64,000 nucleotides of DNA from Candidatus Woesearchaeota archaeon (GCA_043803105.1 JAZDKJ010000012.1:96001-160000); one strand, 5' to 3'; shown: positions 18,923 to 27,976, counted from the stretch's first letter. Made by a program: numbers and translations. The notes: generated by a model not told the origin, from the letters alone.

Positions 18923-19116
18923 GCGGAGGTACTTTCAAATGAAGATCGCTTCATTTCGAAAGCTCCAGACCCAAGCGGCTAAGGGGATCGCCTGCAGAAG
19001 GTGTAATCGCTACGCTGAGCCTAGTGTGCTATGACCTAACTGATAGCGTTTATTCATGGGTTCAAGTCAGATTTTTTGACTGCGTCAGAAAACCTGGGAA
19101 AATCCCATCCTCCGCT
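18923..19116 (+). tRNA. tRNA-Cys(GCA) with three introns (18931-18968 at 8/9; 18998-19044 at 37/38; 19067-19102 at 59/60)
   Basis: Spliced: GCGGAGG-TA-CCC-AAGCGGCTAA-GGG-G-ATCGC-CTGCAGA-GCGTT-TATTC-ATGGG-TTCAAGT-CCCAT-CCTCCGC-T; U73 discriminator fits Cys; followed by T-tract. Confidence 0.85.
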
Positions 19117-19140
19117 TTTTATTTTTCTTTAGAATGTTGC

Positions 19141-19214
19141 TAGGGGACTAAAGTTGCTTTGCAACTTTATGTCGCCTGAAGGTGCGAGCTGACTTTTCAG
19201 CTCAGTCGCATCCT
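19141..19214. repeat. Two palindromic hairpins downstream of tRNA-Cys
   Basis: TAAAGTTGC-TTT-GCAACTTTA (19149-19169) and GAGCTGA-CTTT-TCAGCTC (19186-19203) with extended outer stems. Confidence 0.7.
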
Positions 19215-19220
19215 CTGCTT

Positions 19221-19640
19221 TTATTTACTCAAAGAACTTCTGAAATATTTTTTGTAAATCTCTAGGTCCTTGCGGTAAAAAGGTGTTATCATAGAAAAAG
19301 CTTTCTCAATGTCTGCCCAAATATATTGGTCATGCTCTTCGCTCAACCTGACCTTGCTGGTTTTTGCCCTGCAGATGAATGTTATCTTTGTTATTTTCTG
19401 TTTGTCATCTCTTGTGAAATGATGAACCCTTAGAGGGTGCAGAATCTCTATCTCTAATCCAGTCTCTTCTCTAGTTTCTCTTTTAAGTCCCAAGAATGGG
19501 TCTTCCCCTAGCTCTATCCTTCCGCCCGGAATCTCCCAGCTTCCTGGATCATGCAGGTCATCCTTAACCCTCTTTATCAGCAGAAGCTCTCCTTTCTTGT
19601 TTATCACAAATGACTTGACTGCGATTCTGGATTTATTCAT
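19221..19640 (-). CDS. NUDIX hydrolase
   Basis: GGRIELGE......KRETREETGL Nudix box; start placed 23 nt after TATA box. Confidence 0.92.
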   Translation of the reverse strand: MNKSRIAVKSFVINKKGELLLIKRVKDDLHDPGSWEIPGGRIELGEDPFLGLKRETREETGLEIEILHPLRVHHFTRDDKQKITKITFICRAKTSKVRLSEEHDQYIWADIEKAFSMITPFYRKDLEIYKKYFRSSLSK

Positions 19641-19676
19641 AAAATTTCTCACAACGGCTCAATTATAAAAAACTTG

Positions 19677-20384
19677 CTAAGAAAGAAACTTGTTTATTTC
19701 TTGAGGCCTGAGTATCGGCCAGTCATGGTTTCCATGCACGATTATTGTTCTTGAATTCTTTATTTTGAATCCTTGCTGATATTTCTTGTCAAAGACCTCT
19801 TCATGGTCAGCCCATATTATTGTTGTCTTGCACCTTATACCTCTTGGAATATTGTTTCTATACAGATTATCATTGAATAGTCTCCAATAGTTTGGATGGA
19901 AAATGTTTCTTGTACAATTCCAGATTCCGTTTATGCCTAATGCAATTGCCCTGATTGGATTATGTATTATGTCATATGCTGCCTTTCTTATTACAAAACT
20001 ATAGAAGAATTCAAACATTGAGCCATTGTATTTTTGTCCTGCAGGCTCTAATAGTATGAGCTCTTTTGCTTTCTTACTTAATTCAAGCGCAATTAATGCC
20101 CCTCCCGAATGCGCGCAGATTATTGGATTAATGATACCTAGCTTCCCCGCAAGCGTGTCAATTGTAGCAGCTAAATCTTTACCAGAAAAGTACCTCGGCG
20201 GCGTTCCTGAAAATCCATGCATTGGCAGGTCAACTGCATATACTTTGTACCTTGTGCTAAGTATCCTGATTATACGATGGTAAGCCCTGCAGTCAGAAAG
20301 CATGCCGTGGACAAATATGAGTGGTTTGCCTTTTCCTGTTTTGTTATAATAAACTCGAATGCCCTGTATTATTTCCTCTGCCAT
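19677..20384 (-). CDS. Alpha/beta fold hydrolase
   Basis: FVHG, DLPMHG, AHSGG nucleophile elbow, C-terminal His (GNHDW); start MAEEII chosen from TATA spacing. Confidence 0.85.
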   Translation of the reverse strand: MAEEIIQGIRVYYNKTGKGKPLIFVHGMLSDCRAYHRIIRILSTRYKVYAVDLPMHGFSGTPPRYFSGKDLAATIDTLAGKLGIINPIICAHSGGALIALELSKKAKELILLEPAGQKYNGSMFEFFYSFVIRKAAYDIIHNPIRAIALGINGIWNCTRNIFHPNYWRLFNDNLYRNNIPRGIRCKTTIIWADHEEVFDKKYQQGFKIKNSRTIIVHGNHDWPILRPQEINKFLS

Positions 20385-20463
20385 GTTCTTTCTTTCATCT
20401 GTGATTATATAAATCCTGCCAAAAAGAATAACCTTTTTATATGTCATGCCTAGTCGGCCCGAT

Positions 20464-20730
20464 ATGTTGTGCAGCAACTGCCAAAAAGAGTATTCTTGGA
20501 TGGAAATCATTGGCTCTGATTTTGTCTGCCAGAAGTGCGTTCAGAAGCATCCTATTATGCGCCTCATCTACAACAGGCACCTTGACACTTTTCGTTCTGT
20601 TATTAAGAGGCTTGCCATTAAGAACTACGCTGAATTCATGGCAATAAAGAGGGAGCAGCTGGAAAAATCAGTGAATTTTGACAAGATTGGAATAAAGCTG
20701 AAGACTACCAATATCATTAGCATTGATTGA
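20464..20730 (+). CDS. Small Zn-ribbon protein
   Basis: CSNC...CQKC; TATA 23 nt upstream of ATG 20464. Confidence 0.65.
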   Translation: MLCSNCQKEYSWMEIIGSDFVCQKCVQKHPIMRLIYNRHLDTFRSVIKRLAIKNYAEFMAIKREQLEKSVNFDKIGIKLKTTNIISID

Positions 20731-20768
20731 AACAATCTTTTATATACCTCCAGTTCTTCTTTTTCAAT

Positions 20769-21551
20769 ATGGTCAAGAGAATCCTTGTTAAGCGTGCCAA
20801 AAAGGAGTTTGTTAAAGAGCTGGATCGTGAGTTCACAGTCTCCAAGCAAAAGATATACAGTGTTGATGACATATCAAGAGATTTCCATACAGAGTATGGC
20901 TCAATCTCAAAAAAGGACCTTCAGAAAAAGGATGGCTCAAAACTAAAGTCAAGCACTAAGAAGGAATTTATCATTTTCAGCCCTTCATTTATCGACAAGT
21001 ACTTTCGCATCAACCGTTCAGCGCAGATTATCCCTTTAAAGGATATTGGCTTCATTGTTACAGAAACCGGAATTGGTAAGGAAAGTCTTGTTGTTGATGC
21101 TGGTGCAGGCAGCGGTGCCTTGGCTTGTTTTTTGGCTCATTTGGTTAAGCAGGTTGTCACTTATGAGATTCGTGATGACTTTTACGATATTGTCAGGCAG
21201 AACAAGCAAATGCTCGAGCTTGATAATTTAATTGTCAAACATCAGGATGTATACAAAAAAATCGATGAAAAGAATGTTGACCTCTGCACTCTTGACCTGC
21301 CCGAACCTTGGAAGGCTATTCCCTCGGTTCGTAAGGCCCTCAAGGTTGGCGGCTTTCTTGTTGTTTATAATCCTTCTGTCAGCCAGATTGCCGACTTCGT
21401 CAATTCCATAAACAAAGATGAAAGGTTTTTATACCTGAAGACTATCGAGGTTTTTGAGCGTCACTGGGAAGTTGACGGCAGGAAGGTCCGCCCCAAGTCA
21501 CAGCCCATAGGCCATAGTGGCTTTTTGGTGTTCGTTAGAAAAGTGAGGTGA
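20769..21551 (+). CDS. trmI: tRNA (adenine-N1)-methyltransferase TrmI/GCD14 family
   Basis: AQII..KD, DAGAGSG, LDLPEPW, RP....GHSGFL. Confidence 0.92.
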   Translation: MVKRILVKRAKKEFVKELDREFTVSKQKIYSVDDISRDFHTEYGSISKKDLQKKDGSKLKSSTKKEFIIFSPSFIDKYFRINRSAQIIPLKDIGFIVTETGIGKESLVVDAGAGSGALACFLAHLVKQVVTYEIRDDFYDIVRQNKQMLELDNLIVKHQDVYKKIDEKNVDLCTLDLPEPWKAIPSVRKALKVGGFLVVYNPSVSQIADFVNSINKDERFLYLKTIEVFERHWEVDGRKVRPKSQPIGHSGFLVFVRKVR

Positions 21552-21555
21552 AAAA

Positions 21556-21783
21556 ATGCTTGCATACGTGTTGATTTCATTGAAGAAGCAGGCAGAGGCT
21601 GAGGTATTTGACAGGCTTAAGGATATGAAGGAGATTAAGGTTGTCCATATGCTCTACGGAGAGTGGGATTTCATTGTGAAGATTGACGCGCCTAACATTG
21701 AATCCATAACAACCTTTACTATAGAGAAGCTCCGATCCATGCCTGAAGTCGAAATGACCTCTACTTTGATTGTTGCTAAATGA
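21556..21783 (+). CDS. Lrp/AsnC ligand-binding (RAM) domain protein
   Basis: AYVLI, GEWDFIV, T.TLI; SD GAGGTG. Confidence 0.88.
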   Translation: MLAYVLISLKKQAEAEVFDRLKDMKEIKVVHMLYGEWDFIVKIDAPNIESITTFTIEKLRSMPEVEMTSTLIVAK

Positions 21784-22340
21784 AGAAGGAGACACGAGTT
21801 ATTGGCATAGACGATGCTCCCTTCAATAAAAAGAGCAAAAAAGATGTTCTTGTTATAGGTGCAATTTTTCGTGGAGGCAGCTGGTTTGATGGTCTTCTTT
21901 CCACAAAGGTGAAGGTTGACGGCACCGATTCCACAAGAAAGCTCATTTCTATGATAAACAGCTCCAAGTTTAGGCCTCAGCTTCAGTGCATTTTTCTCGA
22001 TGGTATTGCTGTCGCAGGATTTAATGTTATTGACACCCAGAAGCTCCACAAGGCTACAAAGCTCCCTGTTATTGTTGTTATAAGGCGTTTTCCTGATTAT
22101 ACAAGTATAAGACGTGCCCTTGCCATCATCAGGAAGCCTTCAAGGTTCAAACTCATGGAACAGGCCGGTCCAGTCCAGAAGATTGGCAAGGTTTACTGTC
22201 AGTTGATTGGCATTGATTTGAAAAAAGCAAGAGAACTTCTGAAACTCACTTGTACAAGAAGCCACATTCCCGAGCCCGTCCGTGTTGCTCACATGATTGC
22301 CTCAGGAATCACAGAGGGTCAAAGCAGGGGCAGGGCCTAA
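21780..22340 (+). CDS. DUF99 / UPF0215 endonuclease V-like protein
   Basis: IGIDDAPF, VDGTD, LDGI..AGFN, PEPVRVAHMIA. Confidence 0.88.
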   Translation: MKKETRVIGIDDAPFNKKSKKDVLVIGAIFRGGSWFDGLLSTKVKVDGTDSTRKLISMINSSKFRPQLQCIFLDGIAVAGFNVIDTQKLHKATKLPVIVVIRRFPDYTSIRRALAIIRKPSRFKLMEQAGPVQKIGKVYCQLIGIDLKKARELLKLTCTRSHIPEPVRVAHMIASGITEGQSRGRA

Positions 22341-22362
22341 CGGGTATTGAATGTGATTTAAC

Positions 22363-22752
22363 TCACTTCTCTTTTGTGTACTTTAACACAAGTCCATCTG
22401 CATTAAATGTCTTGTTCGGACATTGCACGTTCGTTGTTAAATTTGGGTACAGATGGTCCCATATGCTTTTTGCGCTTATCTCCTTTGCTGCGATGTATTC
22501 AAGGTGTACCTTGTCTCCGTCGTGCAGTTCATTTGTGCCTGCCAATACAAATTTGGGCCGTCCAGGTATTGAGTCTATGGCAATCAGTGCTACATCCACC
22601 TGCCTGCTCTGGCCAGAACTGTCATTGCAGCTAAATTTTTGAAATTCTTGTATGTACACTGTTCCGGTTACGGTCTTTGTGTAGTCCTTTTGCTCGCAGC
22701 CAATAACGGCAAAATAGGCACCCACTATGATTGTCATTAGAGTCTTTTTCAT
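22363..22752 (-). CDS. Hypothetical secreted/lipoprotein-like protein
   Basis: MKK, hydrophobic stretch, VIGC lipobox-like motif. Confidence 0.65.
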   Translation of the reverse strand: MKKTLMTIIVGAYFAVIGCEQKDYTKTVTGTVYIQEFQKFSCNDSSGQSRQVDVALIAIDSIPGRPKFVLAGTNELHDGDKVHLEYIAAKEISAKSIWDHLYPNLTTNVQCPNKTFNADGLVLKYTKEK

Positions 22753-22831
22753 TTACCAGGTAAGAAATCAACCCACCCTAAAATAGTTTGCCCCGCAACC
22801 TTTTTATAAGGTGATTTGACTGCCTCCGGGA

Positions 22832-23458
22832 ATGCAAGACTGTGTTTTTTGTGGCCCAAGGCCAGACCTTGAAATGTATCTCGCTAAAGGTAATTTATTT
22901 TACACCATTCCCAAAGGCCAGATATGTGCAGGCCATACTTTGATGGTGACAACAGAACATCTGAAGTGTTATGCCAGCCTTGATGTTTCAGCAGAAAATG
23001 AATACTATGAACGCAAGCAAAACCTTAGCGATATTCTCACAAGGCATTTTGGGAATCTTTTTATGATAGAGTATGGGGTTTGGGGCCAGACTGTGAAGCA
23101 TGCGCACAAACATTTTATTCCCCTTGAAGGCCCTAAACACAAGGTTGAGAGCGTTTTTGAGGAAATGGTTTCACCGGGAAACATCCTGGCAGAAGTGGCT
23201 GACCGTGCCAGGTTGCGTCATGTCTTTGGGCAGGAAAAAGGTTATGTCTGGCTTGAAGAGCATGGTGTATCCCGTATTATTCACACTCTGGGTATTCCTG
23301 ATGACCGCACCTGCAAGCACTTGCTTTACCGCCATTTTTTCGCAGTTGTTAAGGGGGTCGGAGTCCTTACCTGGGGCAAGATGACTGAAGAACAGAAACG
23401 GGAGGACGAAAACAATCGTGAAGAAACCAGGAAAGTTTTAATGTCTGTAAAACTCTAA
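22832..23458 (+). CDS. HIT-like (CwfJ C-terminal-like) nucleotide hydrolase
   Basis: CVFC, GHTL, QTVKHAHKHFIP histidine triad. Confidence 0.75.
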   Translation: MQDCVFCGPRPDLEMYLAKGNLFYTIPKGQICAGHTLMVTTEHLKCYASLDVSAENEYYERKQNLSDILTRHFGNLFMIEYGVWGQTVKHAHKHFIPLEGPKHKVESVFEEMVSPGNILAEVADRARLRHVFGQEKGYVWLEEHGVSRIIHTLGIPDDRTCKHLLYRHFFAVVKGVGVLTWGKMTEEQKREDENNREETRKVLMSVKL

Positions 23459-23481
23459 TTCTCGTTTGTGCTTGGCTAAAC

Positions 23482-25233
23482 TCAACTATAATACAATTTA
23501 CCTTCTCTCTTTTGTTCCTGGTCTTTCTGCGAGCCTAGCTTGTTTACCCTCGGCCTGCGGCTTTCCATGTCTCGCCTCATGCTTATTCCCAAGCTGGTAA
23601 GAAATTGGTTCATTCCCTCTTCCATCCTGAAAGGTCCTTCTACCCTTCCTTGTATTGCCGGAATTCCGTCAAATACCAGCAGATTCTCTGACAGGTAATC
23701 AATGAACAACAGGTCATGGTCAACAACCAAGGCTGATTTGCCTTTTTGCTCAACCATTGCTTGTATTACCCTTGCCACAATAAGCCTTTGCTCCACGTCC
23801 AGGTATGCTGATGGCTCATCCAGAAGATACAGGTCCGCTTCCTGTGATAGGCATAGTGCTATTGATACCCTCTGCAGTTCTCCGCCTGATAGGTCCTTTA
23901 CTCTTGAGAGCATCAGGTACTTTAGCTCTAGCGGCCTTATCAACTGTATTTCATATTTTTCTGCAGCCTCACCCAAAACTGTTGCTACCAATTCTTTGCT
24001 ATCATTGCTGAGATACTGAGGTTTGTACGCAACCTTAACGCCCTCTTCTATTTTGCCGCTTTCAGGCTCACTCAATTTTGCCAGCATTTTGACAAACGAT
24101 GTTTTTCCTATCCCGTTTGCTCCGAGCACCCCTGTTACCTCATGCTTGTGCAGTTCTCCCTTCTCTGCCTCAAGTAGGAAGCTTCCCAGTTTCTGTCTTA
24201 CGCCTTCCCATCTTGTGAGCACCTCTTTTTTTGTGGATTTTGTTGGTGGCTTTTCGTCAAATTTTATTGCCCCGTCCCTGAACCTTACATTTTCATCTCT
24301 AAGGTAACCTTCCAGGTATGTGTTTATTCCCGCCTTAGTAGTCTTTGGCATTGAGACTATTCCATATGCCCCTGGTTTTCCGTACATCAAGTGCACAAGG
24401 TCAGTCATGTAATCAAGTATTATAAGGTCGTGCTCAACAACCATTACAGCTGTGTTCTCGTCAGCAAGCTTTCTTATGAATGATGAAACCTTTATCCTTT
24501 GCTTTATATCAAGGTATGATGTTGGCTCATCAAAGAAATACACATTGGCTTTCTTTAATACAGCTGCAGCGATTGCCAGCCTTTGCAATTCTCCCCCGGA
24601 AATGTCCTTTACATTATGGTCAAGTACTTTGTCTATCTCAAGCTCTTTTGCAACCTCAAGCATTTTTTGCTTCTCATCTGCCTTTGCAAGAAGTTCTCTC
24701 ACTGTTCCAGTTTGTGTTTTTGCTATTAAGTCAACCTGCTGCAGTTTGTAGCTTATCCTTACCTCTTTGTCTCTTACCTTTTCAAAGAAGTTGTGTGCCT
24801 CGCTGCCCTTAAAATATTCTATTAGCTCTTTGTGCTCTGCCTCTTTGTTTATCTTCCCCAGGTTTGGCTTGATTAATCCGGAAAGTATCTTCAGGCATGT
24901 TGATTTTCCTATCCCGTTTCTTCCGACTATTCCTACCACTTTGCCGAAGATGGGTATTGGCAGGTTGAATAGGTGAAATCCATTCTCTCCATATTTGTAT
25001 ATTGGCGGCTTGTCAAGCTCTTGAGGCAGGTTGATTATCGATATTGCATCGTACGGGCATCTGTTTGCGCATATCCCGCATCCTGTGCATAGCGCTTCGT
25101 CTATCCTTGCCTTTTCTTCCACCTTTGTTATGCATTCCTTTCCTGTCCTGTTTACTGGGCAGAGCTTTATGCAAAGGTCCCCGCACCCCAATGGGTTGCA
25201 TCTGCTCTTCTGGATTACGGCTATGCGTGTCAT
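23482..25233 (-). CDS. rli: Ribosome recycling ATPase ABCE1 (RLI)
   Basis: N-terminal 2x[4Fe-4S] Cys motifs, two ABC domains, RPRVNK tail. Confidence 0.96.
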   Translation of the reverse strand: MTRIAVIQKSRCNPLGCGDLCIKLCPVNRTGKECITKVEEKARIDEALCTGCGICANRCPYDAISIINLPQELDKPPIYKYGENGFHLFNLPIPIFGKVVGIVGRNGIGKSTCLKILSGLIKPNLGKINKEAEHKELIEYFKGSEAHNFFEKVRDKEVRISYKLQQVDLIAKTQTGTVRELLAKADEKQKMLEVAKELEIDKVLDHNVKDISGGELQRLAIAAAVLKKANVYFFDEPTSYLDIKQRIKVSSFIRKLADENTAVMVVEHDLIILDYMTDLVHLMYGKPGAYGIVSMPKTTKAGINTYLEGYLRDENVRFRDGAIKFDEKPPTKSTKKEVLTRWEGVRQKLGSFLLEAEKGELHKHEVTGVLGANGIGKTSFVKMLAKLSEPESGKIEEGVKVAYKPQYLSNDSKELVATVLGEAAEKYEIQLIRPLELKYLMLSRVKDLSGGELQRVSIALCLSQEADLYLLDEPSAYLDVEQRLIVARVIQAMVEQKGKSALVVDHDLLFIDYLSENLLVFDGIPAIQGRVEGPFRMEEGMNQFLTSLGISMRRDMESRRPRVNKLGSQKDQEQKREGKLYYS

Positions 25234-25270
25234 GCTCATTAGAAGGATAAGAGTCTATAAAAAGCTTGTT

Positions 25271-26269
25271 TTAATGCATTGCAAGAAGGTGCATTGCATG
25301 TGCCCAACCCAAAGGGCAGTTGTCATTGTAAAGGTTTGAGTTGCCATAGTAGAGTTCTGGAAGCTCTCCCTTTGCGTTCATGGCCTCTGTGGTTTTTCTC
25401 ATGTAGAAAGCGTATTTGTTTGGCATGTTTAGCTTTTTGTATATTGATGCCAGCCAAGGGAACCCGAAAGTCCATTCTGCTTCACCCTTTGCATTGTAGT
25501 AAAGGTCTCCATGGTATCTTATTACCCCCTTGTTTCTCACAAGCTGTTCTTCCACATTTTTGAGTATCTGCTCTGCCTGTTCTTTGGTTACGACGTTATA
25601 AGGGAAGATAAGCGATAGTTGCGCAAGGTCAACTGATTTTGTTGGTGATTCTCTTGGCAGCAATTGATTCATTGCCTCTCTTCCTTTGTCTATAAGCTCT
25701 TGAGGCACTGCAACAATGAACTTGATTTTTTCTAGTCCTGCAACGCACGCTCCTATGCTTGATGCATGCAGTTCAGGTCCCTCTTCCCACATTCCGTGGT
25801 CTGGGTCATGCCAGTATTCTATGCTTTGCAGGTAATCAACAAGTTTCTTCAAAACTAGTTTGTCGTGCTCGTCTCGAATTACAGCAATTCCTCTTTGCTC
25901 CAGTTCTCCTACCTTGAACAGGAATGCTCCTATTGCGTCGTTTTGCTTGTTTCCCCATTCATCATAGAATTCATCAAATGTAATCGGGTGGTATCTTGCG
26001 TGTATATACTGGTAAGCGAACCTTGGTTTGTCTTTTATTGCCCAGTCTATCTTGTATTCATGCCTTCTAAATATATCGAGCAGAGCCTGGAATGTCTTCA
26101 CAGCTTTCTTTATAGAAAATGTCTCCATTCCCATCGCTGTGTAGACATTGTCCCTTATCCATGCTACATTGTAGCCTGTTGTGCAGTCCTTTCGTGACGC
26201 TGAAAAGAGCCCTGTCGGGTACTGCAGTGACTCAATGACCTTGACTGAATTCTCTCGATAAGATAGGAT
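25271..26269 (-). CDS. Glycoside hydrolase family 15 (glucoamylase / phosphorylase-kinase-like), non-AUG start likely
   Basis: D.GMWEE, HASS, LPRES, PELY, PLGW; in-frame upstream extension carries LQYPTGLFSAS and WIRD. Confidence 0.85.
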   Translation of the reverse strand: MLSYRENSVKVIESLQYPTGLFSASRKDCTTGYNVAWIRDNVYTAMGMETFSIKKAVKTFQALLDIFRRHEYKIDWAIKDKPRFAYQYIHARYHPITFDEFYDEWGNKQNDAIGAFLFKVGELEQRGIAVIRDEHDKLVLKKLVDYLQSIEYWHDPDHGMWEEGPELHASSIGACVAGLEKIKFIVAVPQELIDKGREAMNQLLPRESPTKSVDLAQLSLIFPYNVVTKEQAEQILKNVEEQLVRNKGVIRYHGDLYYNAKGEAEWTFGFPWLASIYKKLNMPNKYAFYMRKTTEAMNAKGELPELYYGNSNLYNDNCPLGWAHAMHLLAMH

Positions 26270-26423
26270 TATTCCACCCCCAAATTTATCGATTTATGTT
26301 GCTATTTAACAGTAATAACTAATATATAAACCTTCCGCTTTTGTTATGCCTAATAAGTGGTGATAAATCAAGCAACAACCTCTTTGACAAGTTTTTTATT
26401 CTCGCTCATATGATAAACCATTT

Positions 26424-26672
26424 ATGAACTACTTATCCGTCCTGGCGCTTTGCGCACTTGCGCTTGGTGGTGTTTTTCTTCTCGGCAAGGGCTTGACCGG
26501 CATGACTGTCTCAGAAACCTGCTGCTTTCCCCCTAATTGTGCAGAGCAAAACCTCTGTGACTCTGCCAAACTTAACTTAGAAAATCCTTCTACTGTCGAT
26601 TCTTCAGGAGTATACCTGGGCCTTATTCTAATCTTGCTGTCAATTCTATTTTATAGGTTGTTCAAGAATTGA
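26424..26672 (+). CDS. Small two-TM protein with Cys-rich loop
   Basis: Two hydrophobic helices flanking CCxxxxCxxxxxC; TATA upstream. Confidence 0.7.
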   Translation: MNYLSVLALCALALGGVFLLGKGLTGMTVSETCCFPPNCAEQNLCDSAKLNLENPSTVDSSGVYLGLILILLSILFYRLFKN

Positions 26673-27579
26673 AGACTAAGGCAGCTGCTCCAAGCATTCC
26701 TGCTGAGTCAGAAATCTCATGCCTGACAATCTTCAGGTTCCGAGTGAGCATTGGTAACGCATATTTCTTTGTTTCCCTTTCAAGCCTCTTATAAACAGGA
26801 TCAGGAAGCTTGCTCACTCCTCCGCCGAGGACTATGATCTCCGGGTTTAATACCATAACAAGCGTTGATAATCCAATTCCAAGGTAGTGTATTGCATCAT
26901 TAATCGCCTGTTTTGCAGCCTTTTCCTTTGATGCATATATTTCCTTTACGCCTGCATTCCTAATTTTTCCGCCCAGCTGAAAGTACCTTCTGGTTATGTT
27001 CTTGCCTGATGCTAGCATTTCAAGGCATCCACGCTGCCCGCATCCACAGACAACCCCCTTCGTTATTGTTGGGTCTATAACCATATGTCCAAACTCCCCT
27101 GCTCCTCCTATTGCGCCAGAGTATACTCTTCTGTTGATTATTATTCCTCCGCCTATTCCAGTCCCCCATATGACTCCTATTGATATTTTCTTTTTCCTTG
27201 CTGCTCCAAATGTTGCCTCAGCCAATGCAAAGCATTTTGCGTCATTCATAGCATCAGCCTTTAGCCCTGCTGCTTTCTCCAATTCTTTGCTGAGGTGCAA
27301 TCCATTCAGGCAAGTTAGTGTTCCGCCTCCCCAGATAATTAAGCCAGTATCATCGATTAGCCCTGGCAAAGAGACACCAACTCCATCAACCTGTGTTCCT
27401 TGAAGTTTTGCCTCGTCCTTAAGGTCTCTTATGACTGAGACAAGATTAGAAATTACCTGTTTTTTCCCTTTTTGTGGTTCTGTTGCAGTCCTTCTTGAGG
27501 TGATGAACTTGCCGTTCGCGTCTATGATGGCACCCTCAATCTTGGTGCCTCCCATATCTATTCCGATTGCATACTTCAT
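26662..27579 (-). CDS. ROK family sugar kinase (glucokinase-like)
   Basis: IGIDMGGT, NDA, GTGIGGG, GEFGH, CGCG..GCLE. Confidence 0.93.
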   Translation of the reverse strand: MKYAIGIDMGGTKIEGAIIDANGKFITSRRTATEPQKGKKQVISNLVSVIRDLKDEAKLQGTQVDGVGVSLPGLIDDTGLIIWGGGTLTCLNGLHLSKELEKAAGLKADAMNDAKCFALAEATFGAARKKKISIGVIWGTGIGGGIIINRRVYSGAIGGAGEFGHMVIDPTITKGVVCGCGQRGCLEMLASGKNITRRYFQLGGKIRNAGVKEIYASKEKAAKQAINDAIHYLGIGLSTLVMVLNPEIIVLGGGVSKLPDPVYKRLERETKKYALPMLTRNLKIVRHEISDSAGMLGAAALVFNS

Positions 27580-27652
27580 ACCTGCTCCTCAACAAAAGCT
27601 GTTTATTAATCTTTTGAAAATGTTTAAATATCAAGACAGAACATTGCTTGTT

Positions 27653-27808
27653 ATGAAATGCGAAATCTGCAAGAAAACCATCGAGGAAACCTTTCTGAAG
27701 AAGGTCGTAGGTAGTTATCTCAAGGATAAGAAAGGAAAGAAGCACCTGATCTGCCCTGACTGCCAGAAGAAATATCCGAAGAAGGAAGACATTCTTACGC
27801 GGCTCTAG
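27653..27808 (+). CDS. Small Zn-finger protein (51 aa)
   Basis: MKCEIC...ICPDCQ; TATA 23 nt upstream. Confidence 0.75.
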   Translation: MKCEICKKTIEETFLKKVVGSYLKDKKGKKHLICPDCQKKYPKKEDILTRL

Positions 27809-27848
27809 CCGCATATTATAAATACCAAAATCAATTAACCCTTCTAAT

Positions 27849-27921
27849 GCCTCTGTAGCACAGTAGCTACTGCGTCTGCCTCGTAAGCAGAAGATCGGGA
27901 GTGCAACTCTCCCCAGAGGCT
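27849..27921 (+). tRNA. tRNA-Thr(CGT), intronless, atypical D and T loops
   Basis: GCCTCTG/CAGAGGC acceptor, TCTGC-CTCGTAA-GCAGA anticodon arm, GGGAG-TGCAACT-CTCCC T arm; TATA at 27816. Confidence 0.88.
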
Positions 27922-27947
27922 TTTCAGGTTTTGTTTGGATGTTTTTC

Positions 27948-27976
27948 CCAGGTTTTTGCATATTGCAAAAAGCTGG
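27948..27976. repeat. Short palindrome downstream of tRNA-Thr
   Basis: CCAG-G-TTTTTGCA-TAT-TGCAAAAA-G-CTGG. Confidence 0.7.
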
